Shown here piece by piece: positions 28,918 through 37,782 of a DNA stretch of 49,524 nucleotides. The notes below the pieces were generated by a model that was given only the letters and a program-made list of their open reading frames with translations, was not told the origin of the DNA and ran no database searches. A program made the position numbers and the translations under genes. Source of the DNA: Deltaproteobacteria bacterium (GTDB taxonomy: Bacteria > Myxococcota_A > UBA9160 > SMWR01); assembly GCA_032128375.1 (NCBI GenBank), contig JAQBGU010000128.1, positions 1-49,524 on the forward strand, given 5' to 3'. Numbering within the stretch: the stretch's first letter is position 1; every line of letters begins with the position of its first letter.

Positions 28918-30774
28918 TCATGCAGTCGGTTGAGGCCTGGGGACCGGGTCGCTCACCTCGAGCCTCTCGACCTGCAGCAGGTTGGCCTCATCACTGTTTC
29001 TGAGATCGCTGTGACAGGTGGCCTTGTGGCCGCCCGAGCCGCCCATATCCATTCGCGTCTTTTGGGCCAATCGGTGGATTTCGGCTGGATCGAGCACACC
29101 GCGCTTTTCGAGAATTTCGCGCTGTTCGACCGTCAGAGCTGCACTCACCCGGGGTGAGTCCCACGCGTAGGCCTCGTCCTTGCCGCTGACGAACTCGACG
29201 ATCTCACGGCTGATGCGAACCGAGCACCAATCGTGCCCGCACATCGCACAGAAGTCCGTGTCGACGTCGAGATCTTCGTCGTGGTAGGCGCGGGCGGTAT
29301 CCGGGTCGAAGCTCAGTTCGAAGTGCTTCTCCCAGTTCAACGCAGCGCGCGCCGTGGTCAGCTCGTCGTCGCGGTCGCGCGATCCAGGGATCCCGAGTGC
29401 GACGTCAGCCGCGTGGGCGGCAATTCTGTAGGCGACACAACCTTGCTTGACGTCGTCGTGTTTCGGCAGACCGAGATGTTCCTTCGGCGTGACGTAACAG
29501 AGCATCGATGCGCCGTGGTAGGCGGCGGCGGTCGCTCCGATGCAGCTCGTGATGTGATCGTAGCCGGGAAATATGTCAGTAACGAGCGGGCCCAGCACAT
29601 AGAACGGCGCACCGTGGCAGACCTGTCGCTGGAGTTTCATGTTGAATTCGATCTGGTCGAATGGAACGTGTCCAGGTCCTTCGACCATCACCTGACAACC
29701 GTTTCGCCAGGCGCGCTCCGTCAATGTCCCGAGAGCTTGCAACTCGGCCAGTTGCGCCTCGTCGGTGGCGTCGGCAAGGCCGCCGGGTCGCAGTCCGTCG
29801 CCGATCGAAAACGTTACATCATATCGACGCATCAGCGCGCAGATTTCATCCCACATGTCGTACATCAGGTTCTCGCGGTTGTGGTGAAGCATCCACTTGG
29901 CCAGCAGTGCACCACCGCGGCTGACAATGCCGATAACCCGGTCTCGCACCAGCGGAAGGTGTGCGCGCAAGACGCCTGCGTGGATCGTGAAATAGTCGAC
30001 GCCCTGTTTCGCCTGGTGTTCGAGGGTCTCGAGCACCGATGCCTCATCGAGATCCTCTATCGAACGCCCGATGATCATCGAGTAGATCGGCACGGTCCCG
30101 ATCGGGACGCTCGAGTTCTGGATGATTGCGTTGCGCGTCGCGTCGAGATCGCCACCGGTCGACAGGTCCATCACGGTGTCGGCCTTCCAACGCAGCGCCC
30201 ATTCGAGTTTCTCGACTTCCTCGTCAGTGCCGCTACTGACCGGTGACGCTCCCATGTTGGCGTTGACCTTTGTCAAGCTGGCGCGCCCGATTGCCATCGG
30301 GTCCAGCCCGCTGCGAAGGTGCTGGGTGTTGGCCGGGATCACCATGCGACCGGCTGCGACTTCGTCTCGCACATTTTCTTCAGTGAGGTGCGGTTCGCGT
30401 TCTGCGACACGGCGCATCACGTCGGTCACGATGCCGAGCCGGGCGAACTCGAGCTGCGTGACGGGCTCAAAGCCCTCCGGTGCGACCCACCGGTCTCCGT
30501 CCAGCTCCCAATCTGAGGGCATGAAGTCCCACGCGGACTTGTCCGAGGGCCGCGGCATGCCGGGTGTATCCGGCGAGCTGAAAGTCAGCGGACCACCGAC
30601 GGCGGACGGGTTCGCAAAGCTACCCGGCGTGGTGCCTCGGAGCTGCGAGGAAGGATTGCCGCCCACCGGCGGCAGCTGCGAAGAAAGTTCGGTAACAGAG
30701 CGTTTGGTAGAAGAGTTCTCGGTAGCCGAGCTCTTTGAAGAGGTGAAGCTTGAATCGGAGCCCGGACCCGCCAT
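28918..30774 (-). CDS. thiC: Phosphomethylpyrimidine synthase
   Basis: [72 protein letters not shown]. Confidence 0.96.
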   Translation of the reverse strand: MAGPGSDSSFTSSKSSATENSSTKRSVTELSSQLPPVGGNPSSQLRGTTPGSFANPSAVGGPLTFSSPDTPGMPRPSDKSAWDFMPSDWELDGDRWVAPEGFEPVTQLEFARLGIVTDVMRRVAEREPHLTEENVRDEVAAGRMVIPANTQHLRSGLDPMAIGRASLTKVNANMGASPVSSGTDEEVEKLEWALRWKADTVMDLSTGGDLDATRNAIIQNSSVPIGTVPIYSMIIGRSIEDLDEASVLETLEHQAKQGVDYFTIHAGVLRAHLPLVRDRVIGIVSRGGALLAKWMLHHNRENLMYDMWDEICALMRRYDVTFSIGDGLRPGGLADATDEAQLAELQALGTLTERAWRNGCQVMVEGPGHVPFDQIEFNMKLQRQVCHGAPFYVLGPLVTDIFPGYDHITSCIGATAAAYHGASMLCYVTPKEHLGLPKHDDVKQGCVAYRIAAHAADVALGIPGSRDRDDELTTARAALNWEKHFELSFDPDTARAYHDEDLDVDTDFCAMCGHDWCSVRISREIVEFVSGKDEAYAWDSPRVSAALTVEQREILEKRGVLDPAEIHRLAQKTRMDMGGSGGHKATCHSDLRNSDEANLLQVERLEVSDPVPRPQPTA

Positions 30775-30903
30775 CGAATGACACTCCTCAGTGTCCTCGG
30801 GGCAGGCAGACCCAACACGGTCTCGCTCCGGGACGTGCTAAGCCGACGATCGATCGCCGGCACGGTTTGACAACCTTTGCGGGCTGGGAGGCCGATACCG
30901 CAA

Positions 30904-30993
30904 GCCGTTCCCTACGCTCGTACTAACGAGTTCAGGTTCCAAGGGTTCATCTCTCAGGTCCGGCACGTCATACGCGACCGACCACCCCCAGGC
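30904..30993 (-). ncRNA. TPP riboswitch
   Basis: Minus strand gcctggggGTG...CTGAGA..aaCCCTTgGAACCTGAactcGTTAGTACgaGCGtAGGGAAcggc matches the THI element; about 130 nt upstream of thiC. Confidence 0.93.
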
Positions 30994-31092
30994 TCCACAG
31001 GTTTTCCGACTGTACCACCTCGTAGCCGAGGCGACACCCAATCAGCACAATCGGTCGAGTGGCCGGAGGCTGCGAATGCTACGGTGCCCGCG

Positions 31093-32046
31093 ATGAAAAC
31101 ACGGATCGCGCTTGCGCTTCTCGCTCTACTGACGGCTCCGTCCGCTTGCGACCGCAATATCGAGCCGTTCGTGCCCGGTGAGACTCCGACGGCACCCGAT
31201 CTGTCTGCGATTTTCCCGGCAGGTGCCGAGCGCGCGGCCAAGCCCAATGCCGTGTTGCCGCCGTTGCCGGGCCAGCGAGCCGACGCCCCAGTCGCACAGG
31301 TCGCAGAAACGGCTCCGCCGATCCGTGGATCCGTTCAATTGGCTCCCGAGCTGTCGGGGAGCGTGCCCCCGGGAGCTGTGCTGTTTCTGATCGCGCGTGG
31401 GCGATCCCCTGGGCCGCCGCTGGCTGTGCAGAAGATCGCCGAGCCGCAATTCCCGCTGGAGTTCGCGATCGGTCCGGAAGACCGGATGATCAGTGAGATG
31501 CCGTTTGTCGGCCCCATCACGATCAGCGCTCGAATCGATGCAGATGGAAACGCCACCACTCGGGGTGTTGGCGACTTGCAGGGTGAGTCGCCAGGCAGCC
31601 ATCAGCCCGGCGCGAATGGCGTCGAAGTGTTGATCGGCGAAGTCTATTCCGCTGCCCCCCCCGGCGCGTCCGTCGCGAGCCGAGCGTCGAATCCGGCCGG
31701 TACCAGCCAGCCGATTTCCGGAATCGTCGATTTGGCGCCCGAATTGGTTGGACAGGTTCCCGACGGCGCCGTGCTGTTCCTGATCGCACGGACCGCGGCA
31801 GCCGGCCCGCCGCTGGCGGTCCAGCGGATTCCGGCACCTCAGTTTCCGTTCGTTTTCTCGATCGGCCCAGACGACCGAATGATCAAAACCATGCCGTTTG
31901 CCGGCTCGATTCAGATCACCGCGCGGGTCGACGCCGACGCCAACGCGATGACCCGCACCGCCGGCGACCTGTTCGGCAGTTCGGTTGGCCCTCACTCTCC
32001 GGGTGACGCCGGAATCCAGCTGACGATCGGGCAGGTCGTCCCTTAG
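31093..32046 (+). CDS. Lipoprotein with two tandem CcmI/CycH C-terminal-like Ig domains
   Basis: Signal peptide ending SAC; two copies of I.G.V.LAPEL...P.GAVLFLIAR....GPPLAVQ.I..PQFP..F.IGP.DRM...PF.G.I.I.AR.DAD.NA. Confidence 0.75.
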   Translation: MKTRIALALLALLTAPSACDRNIEPFVPGETPTAPDLSAIFPAGAERAAKPNAVLPPLPGQRADAPVAQVAETAPPIRGSVQLAPELSGSVPPGAVLFLIARGRSPGPPLAVQKIAEPQFPLEFAIGPEDRMISEMPFVGPITISARIDADGNATTRGVGDLQGESPGSHQPGANGVEVLIGEVYSAAPPGASVASRASNPAGTSQPISGIVDLAPELVGQVPDGAVLFLIARTAAAGPPLAVQRIPAPQFPFVFSIGPDDRMIKTMPFAGSIQITARVDADANAMTRTAGDLFGSSVGPHSPGDAGIQLTIGQVVP

Positions 32047-32319
32047 TCCTGCTGACGTGGGTTCCCTCCAAACTGCCGGAGGGCTCAGCGATCGAAGGCA
32101 TTTTGGAACGATTCGACCGCGAGCGAAGCGATGCGGATTGTGGCGGGCATTTTGCGAGCGGCCGCTACGATTACACCGCGTCGAGTAGATCGACCGCCAA
32201 TCTGGAGCCCGCGACTGCGATTCGATCGCCGTAGGTACGCGCACCGCGGCGCGGTCTTCGCTCGGCGCCTCGAAAACCGACCCTGCGAGATCGCGCAGCG
32301 GTCGCGACCACGGGCGAAA

Positions 32320-32442
32320 TCACGATCGGGCCCAGTTGGGCGAGTGCGAGACTGCGCCGAACGCGCCGGTCAGCCCGCAGGCGATCGCGACCAGCACGAT
32401 GAACAACTGGCCGTTCCCTCGCGCGCGCCTTTTCGATGGCAT
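32320..32442 (-). pseudogene. 40-aa single-TM ORF, either a small protein or a remnant of a membrane-protein 5' end
   Basis: MPSKRRARGNGQLFIVLVAIACGLTGAFGAVSHSPNWARS* translated by hand; below the ORF-track size cutoff. Confidence 0.35.
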
Positions 32443-32587
32443 TGGAGGTGGTTGTCGGCCCCGGGAAAAGCCAGTGCGGCCGCATCCTAGCAGCCGAACA
32501 ATGAACCCCGCGTGGCAGCGGCGCGTCTCTGAATCACGGCCGCATCGCGAATCAATGCCGCAGGGTGAACTACGCTAGCTTCCCTGG

Positions 32588-33145
32588 ATGACCGACCCCA
32601 AACGGTGGACGGTGCTGGAGACGGAGTTTCTTCAGGACTGCCGGGTGTTCAGCGTCAGCCGATTGCACGCAAGGTCGCCGCACACTGGCCGATCTCATCC
32701 ATTTTTTTGCATTGATTCGCCCGACTGGGTCAACGTCGTGCCAATCACTCCCGACGGCGACGTGGTGATGATTCGCCAGTACCGACACGGTTCATCACAG
32801 GTCACGCTCGAGACACCGGGGGGCCTGATCGACCCGGGCGAGCAGCCCGCCGAAGCCGCCGCGCGAGAACTGCTCGAGGAAACCGGCTACCGAGCTCGCA
32901 CGCTGTCGCCGCTTGGCGAAATCAATCCGAACCCCGCATTGTTTCGCAACAAGCTACACGCGTTCATTGCACACGATGTCGAGAAGGTTGCCCCCATCCA
33001 GAACGGACATACAGAGGAAACAGTGGTCGAACTGGTCGGGCGCGACCGATTGCGCGAGCTGGCGCGAGGGGGCGGCGTCGACCACGCACTGGTAATGGCG
33101 GTGCTGTACCGGCTGGAGCTAGAACAATCGCCGGAGGAGTGCTGA
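32588..33145 (+). CDS. Nudix hydrolase (ADP-ribose pyrophosphatase-like)
   Basis: Nudix box GLIDPGEQPAEAAARELLEETGY, IRQYRHG, PNPA. Confidence 0.9.
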   Translation: MTDPKRWTVLETEFLQDCRVFSVSRLHARSPHTGRSHPFFCIDSPDWVNVVPITPDGDVVMIRQYRHGSSQVTLETPGGLIDPGEQPAEAAARELLEETGYRARTLSPLGEINPNPALFRNKLHAFIAHDVEKVAPIQNGHTEETVVELVGRDRLRELARGGGVDHALVMAVLYRLELEQSPEEC

Positions 33146-33150
33146 TTCAA

Positions 33151-34884
33151 ATGGCGCAACGCAAGGCGGTTTCTGGGGCCCCCAGGGCTCAGCGCAGAAA
33201 ATCGAAATCTGGACTGCGCTCGAAAATGCTGCTGGGTGACTTCCTGGTCGCGTATCTGCGTCAAGCTGGCGTTCGCCATATTTTCGGACTGCCAGGAGAC
33301 CTCGTGCTCGGGCTGTTTCATCGCTTTGGAACAGCGCGCGGCCTCGATGTCGTCACGTTCTCGCACGAGCCTGCGGTGGGGTTCGCGGCGGACGGTTACG
33401 CGCGCAGCACTCGACGGATCGGCGTTTTGTGCGTCACCTACGGGGCGGGCGGCCACAACGTCGTCAATCCGGTCGCTGGTGCCTACGCGGAACAGGTTCC
33501 GCTGCTGGTGGTTTCGGGCGGACCTGGCGCCGAGGAATCTGAGGTCGCGTCGATACACCATCAGGTGAAGGACATCGCCGGGCAGTGTCGGATTTTCAAC
33601 GAGGTGACCTGCGCGGCCCGTGTCATCGAACATCCCGAGCGAGCGGCGGCGGAAATTCACGAAGTCATGACAGCGATCACCAACGCAAGCCGTCCCGGAT
33701 ATCTCGAGATTCACCGCGATCTGGTCGACATGCCGATCCCGGTCCCCAAACACATCGTCGATTGGGACGGCAGCTTCCCGGCGCCGAAATCCGACCCGCG
33801 AAAGCTCGCCGAAGCCGTATCCGATACGCTGAAGCGGATCCGTTCCGCCAAGCGTCCTGTGCTGATCGGCGGCGTCGAGTTGTACCGGGAGAAGGCCGAG
33901 CGAGGCTTTCTGAACCTCGCAGAGAAGCTGGGCGCGCCGGTAGCAACGACGATGGACGGTAAGGGCGTATTCCCGATGGACCACCCTCAGCACCTCGGCA
34001 TCCACATCGGCCCCTTTAGTGCAAAGAAAATTCAAGACCGAATTCGCAGCGCTGACCTCGTGATCGCGCTCGGAACCCCGCTGACCGACCTGAACCTCGG
34101 CGCCTCGAAACCACAGGTTTCGCGAAAGAGCGCGGTCTGGGCCGTGTCCGACCGGGTCAATATCTCGTATCATTCCTACACCGACGTGATGCTGAAGAAC
34201 TTTGTCGATGCGCTCAGCAAGTCGACATTGCCGAAGTTCCGCGAACAGATCCGTTACCACGACAATCTCAAACGCAAGGTCCGCAAGGACGCGAAGCTGT
34301 CGATCAACGACCTGCTCGTCGAGGTCAACGATTTTCTGGAGCAGCATCCGAGCTACGACGTGTTCGCAGAGTCGGGCGATATGTTGTTCGGCGGTCTCGA
34401 GGTGCGGGTGCCTGCAGGTGGTATGTATTTCGCCCAGGGCTACTACGCGTCGATGGGCTTCGCCGTGCCGGCGGCCCTCGGTTCGGCGATCGGCGGGGGG
34501 CGTCGACCGCTGATTCTGTGTGGAGACGGAGGCTTCCAGATGACTGGAAGTGAGATCTCTCAAGCACCCAAGCTCGGGCTTTCGCCAATCGTGGTGTTAG
34601 TCAACAACTCTGGCTGGGGGATTTTTCGACCGGTCACTCCTCGACAGGATCTGTTGGAAATTCCGAACTGGCGCTACGCGCAGCTCGCCGACGCGTTCGG
34701 AGGCCTTGGGCTGACAGCGAAGTCTGCGGGCGAGTTGAACGACGCGCTGCGCACGGCCCATGAGGACTCCCGTTTCTCGATTATCGATTGCACGATTCCC
34801 CGATCGGACGGCTCGCCGATCAGCAGACGTTTCATCAAGGCCAGTGCGCGAAAGGGCCGATCCAATACCCCCGAGAGTCGCTAG
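33151..34884 (+). CDS. ThDP-dependent alpha-keto acid decarboxylase (indolepyruvate/phenylpyruvate decarboxylase family)
   Basis: FGLPGD, HEPAVGFAADGYAR, VTYGAGG, HHQ, YYASMGF, GDGGFQMTG.E, VNN.GW. Confidence 0.85.
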   Translation: MAQRKAVSGAPRAQRRKSKSGLRSKMLLGDFLVAYLRQAGVRHIFGLPGDLVLGLFHRFGTARGLDVVTFSHEPAVGFAADGYARSTRRIGVLCVTYGAGGHNVVNPVAGAYAEQVPLLVVSGGPGAEESEVASIHHQVKDIAGQCRIFNEVTCAARVIEHPERAAAEIHEVMTAITNASRPGYLEIHRDLVDMPIPVPKHIVDWDGSFPAPKSDPRKLAEAVSDTLKRIRSAKRPVLIGGVELYREKAERGFLNLAEKLGAPVATTMDGKGVFPMDHPQHLGIHIGPFSAKKIQDRIRSADLVIALGTPLTDLNLGASKPQVSRKSAVWAVSDRVNISYHSYTDVMLKNFVDALSKSTLPKFREQIRYHDNLKRKVRKDAKLSINDLLVEVNDFLEQHPSYDVFAESGDMLFGGLEVRVPAGGMYFAQGYYASMGFAVPAALGSAIGGGRRPLILCGDGGFQMTGSEISQAPKLGLSPIVVLVNNSGWGIFRPVTPRQDLLEIPNWRYAQLADAFGGLGLTAKSAGELNDALRTAHEDSRFSIIDCTIPRSDGSPISRRFIKASARKGRSNTPESR

Positions 34885-34912
34885 CACAGCGGTGGAAGTC
34901 GCAAGCACAGGA

Positions 34913-36538
34913 GTGCCTGGACTGACACCGGTCTCCGAAACGCCGCTGCCCCCTGCTCCCACGGCCCGCTGGGTGGTCGCATGTGTGCTGGGATCGATCG
35001 TCGCTTCGATCGGGTTCTACTCGGTCCTGCTCTTCGATGGGTCGCTGCACGGCTACGACTGGGGGTCGCACCACTTCAACTATTTCGATTGGGTCCGAGT
35101 ATCGCTCCAAGATTTCCGCACGCTGCCGCTGTTCATGAACGATGCGTGGATTACCAAGAACTTCCTGGCAAACGCGGAAAGCCCGAGCTTCAGTCCTCTG
35201 AGTTGGCTGCTGCTTTGGATGCCCACAGATCTGTACCTGAAGTTTCTGATCGTATTGTATTCAACCGCGGGGATCGTCGGAATGCTGGCACTGCTCCGCG
35301 ACATCGGAGTCGATGTGCTGGTTGCTGCACCTGCCGCGCTGATGTTTGCCTTTGGAGGCTTCTTCGTTTCGCATCTGTCGGTCGGACACCCCTGGGCGAT
35401 GGGTGGGCTCGTGTTGCCGGGTCTGCTGTGCCTGTATCGAAGAGCCGTACTCGGCAGTTCGCGTGCGCTGTGGATGGCAGCGGCGCTCAATGCAGCGACG
35501 ATTCTTGGCGGGCAACACCAGCCCTTCATCTGGCAGAATATTTTGATTTCGCTGTTCGCGTTGGGTTGGGCGGTCTCTGCCCGGTCGGGTCTTGCGCTGT
35601 TGCGTTGGGCGCTGGTTGTGTTGGCGAGTGTCGGCCTGGCCGCCGTGAAGCTATTCCCAATGCTGGCGGAGTTCGCCGACTACGACCCGACGATGCGCGT
35701 CCAGGGCATTCCGGTTGCGAGTCTGGTTTCGACGCTGCTAGCGCCCGGGCAGCATCCCGAATTTTCCGCGGCCGGTGTTGCATTCGATTACGGTAGTGGC
35801 TGGTGGGAGTATGCTTTCTATACCGGACCGTTTGCGCTGTCGTTCATCTTGGTCGGGGTCGTCGCAGCTCGGCGCAGCTGGGGATTGCTGTTGATTGGGT
35901 GTTTCTTCTTGCTGTTGTCACTAGAGCTTCCGCAGTCGCTGCGCGCATTCGAACCTTGGCAGTGGCTCGAGCGTCTACCTGTCTGGCGCACACAGCGTGG
36001 CCCTTCGCGCTTCCTGTTTCTGACCCTGTTCTGCTTCACGACGGTCGCGGCGATCGGTGTGCAGCGTATCAAGCTGGGTTGGGTCAGGGGCCGGCAATGG
36101 CTGACTCCGCTGCTGATCGCTCTCACCTTGTGTATCGGCGGAGATCTGATGTGGCAAAGCCTCCGCTGGCAGCACGCCGCAACTGGTTCGGCCCTCCACG
36201 GCGGTGACCACCGCCCGAAGCCGCTGCGATTGACGGGCACCTTCGGGTCGAGTGCCGAATTGGTCGACTTCGCTCCCAATCGCCTGGTGTACAGGGCGAC
36301 CGCCACGCGTGATTCGCGCGTTCGGTTTCCGTTTCGACTCGGCAACCAAACCCGCGAATGGCGCGTCGACGACTTGCCGGCGCTGACTGACCGCGGCAAG
36401 CTGGCCATCGACCTCCCCGTCGGCGAGCGATACATCGTGATGGTATATCGGCCCGAGCACTTCTACGCGGGTGCCGGAACGAGTGTGGCCACGATCGTGC
36501 TGATGGGAGTTTGCCTCGCATGGCGCACGCGGACCTAG
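34913..36538 (+). CDS. Polytopic membrane protein, YfhO/GT-C-like
   Basis: YDW.., PL....W....FLAN.ES..FSP, HLSVGH, E...Y.G, RGPSRF, PNRL..., Y.P..F..G; start uncertain. Confidence 0.68.
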   Translation: MPGLTPVSETPLPPAPTARWVVACVLGSIVASIGFYSVLLFDGSLHGYDWGSHHFNYFDWVRVSLQDFRTLPLFMNDAWITKNFLANAESPSFSPLSWLLLWMPTDLYLKFLIVLYSTAGIVGMLALLRDIGVDVLVAAPAALMFAFGGFFVSHLSVGHPWAMGGLVLPGLLCLYRRAVLGSSRALWMAAALNAATILGGQHQPFIWQNILISLFALGWAVSARSGLALLRWALVVLASVGLAAVKLFPMLAEFADYDPTMRVQGIPVASLVSTLLAPGQHPEFSAAGVAFDYGSGWWEYAFYTGPFALSFILVGVVAARRSWGLLLIGCFFLLLSLELPQSLRAFEPWQWLERLPVWRTQRGPSRFLFLTLFCFTTVAAIGVQRIKLGWVRGRQWLTPLLIALTLCIGGDLMWQSLRWQHAATGSALHGGDHRPKPLRLTGTFGSSAELVDFAPNRLVYRATATRDSRVRFPFRLGNQTREWRVDDLPALTDRGKLAIDLPVGERYIVMVYRPEHFYAGAGTSVATIVLMGVCLAWRTRT

Positions 36539-37782
36539 AAGATCGATCGCCGCCTGAATCCGCCCCGTTTGCGATCTTTCGCGAGCGTGGTTCATGGTTC
36601 TGGGTGGCGGTTGTACTGGGATTCGCATCGCGTGCGTACCTGATTCTGTTTACGCCGGGTACCGACGACGTTCCGATCTGGCAGAGCCACGCCGGTTGGA
36701 CCGCGCAACACGGATTGATCGGGTACTACAATTTTCAAGAAGTATTCAACCACCCACCGTTCATCGGCCGCGTGTTGTCCGAGGTCTGGCAGCTCGCCAA
36801 GTGGGCAGATATTCCGTTCCGGGTTCCGCACCGCGCGATCTTCAGCCTATTTGATCTCGGAAACGCACTCCTATTGCTGCGCCTGTTCCGGGGTTCTCCT
36901 TGGAAATACGCGATCTTCGCCGCCTATTGGTTGAACCCGCTCGCGGTAATTTTCTCCGCCTATCATGGAAATACCGACACGGCGGTTGCGTTTTTTGTGC
37001 TGCTCGCAACGAGCTTTGCGGTCGAGCGACGCGCCGCGCTGGCTGGGGTCGCGATCGGCGTGGGGCTCTGGTTCAAGTTGCCGACCGTGCTGGCGATTCC
37101 GGCATTGTTCTTCTTTTTCGAGGGATGGGCCTCGCTGGTCTTTGGATGCGTTGCGCTCGCTGTCGGCGCGACAACCTATCTGACAACCGCGATACAGGCC
37201 TGGGACCTGCTCTACATACGCGTGCTCGCCTACCCCGGGCTCGACATCGTGACACCGGGAGGCGTTCCCGTGTGGGGATTCTGGCATGCATTCGGGATCG
37301 TCGAAACCGCGCCCGAAGGCATTCGCACTGCACTCAGAGCGGCAATCGCATTTCATCGCGATCACAACTCGGCGATGTCGATTCTTCCGATCGGCGTTTA
37401 TGCGTTCCTGCGCCGACACGAGGCTGACCCGCGGGAGTTAGGCGTGACGATCTGCGGGTCATTTCTGATCTTCTATGGGCTTACCAATTTTTGGGCGTAT
37501 CAATACCTGGCATGGGTGCTGCCGTTCTTGATCTTCCCTGGTGCCCGGTTTTCCGTCGCTGCAACGGTTTTCCTCTTCGCCTTTATCTACTCGCTATACA
37601 CCATGCTGTGCGGAGATCCATACCTGATCGGTAAGTGGGACTTCAACGCCTACCCGTTTTGGCCCAGCTACATGCTTCGCTTGCGCGATTTCGCGGTGCT
37701 GTTCTGCTTGCTGTCGGGGACGGCGTTCTTTTTTCAGGCGGCGCGCCAGGAGTGGGTGCGCTTGCGCCCGGGGAAAACGTAG
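36520..37782 (+). CDS. GT-C fold membrane glycosyltransferase (GT87/PIG-M-like)
   Basis: GTDD, FNHPP, LNPL....SAYHGNTD, GL..K.P, QYLAW.LPF. Confidence 0.72.
   Translation: MAHADLEDRSPPESAPFAIFRERGSWFWVAVVLGFASRAYLILFTPGTDDVPIWQSHAGWTAQHGLIGYYNFQEVFNHPPFIGRVLSEVWQLAKWADIPFRVPHRAIFSLFDLGNALLLLRLFRGSPWKYAIFAAYWLNPLAVIFSAYHGNTDTAVAFFVLLATSFAVERRAALAGVAIGVGLWFKLPTVLAIPALFFFFEGWASLVFGCVALAVGATTYLTTAIQAWDLLYIRVLAYPGLDIVTPGGVPVWGFWHAFGIVETAPEGIRTALRAAIAFHRDHNSAMSILPIGVYAFLRRHEADPRELGVTICGSFLIFYGLTNFWAYQYLAWVLPFLIFPGARFSVAATVFLFAFIYSLYTMLCGDPYLIGKWDFNAYPFWPSYMLRLRDFAVLFCLLSGTAFFFQAARQEWVRLRPGKT

Noticed and set aside
32887..34563. 558-aa minus-strand ORF
   Set aside because: Antisense to the well-supported ThDP decarboxylase and Nudix genes.
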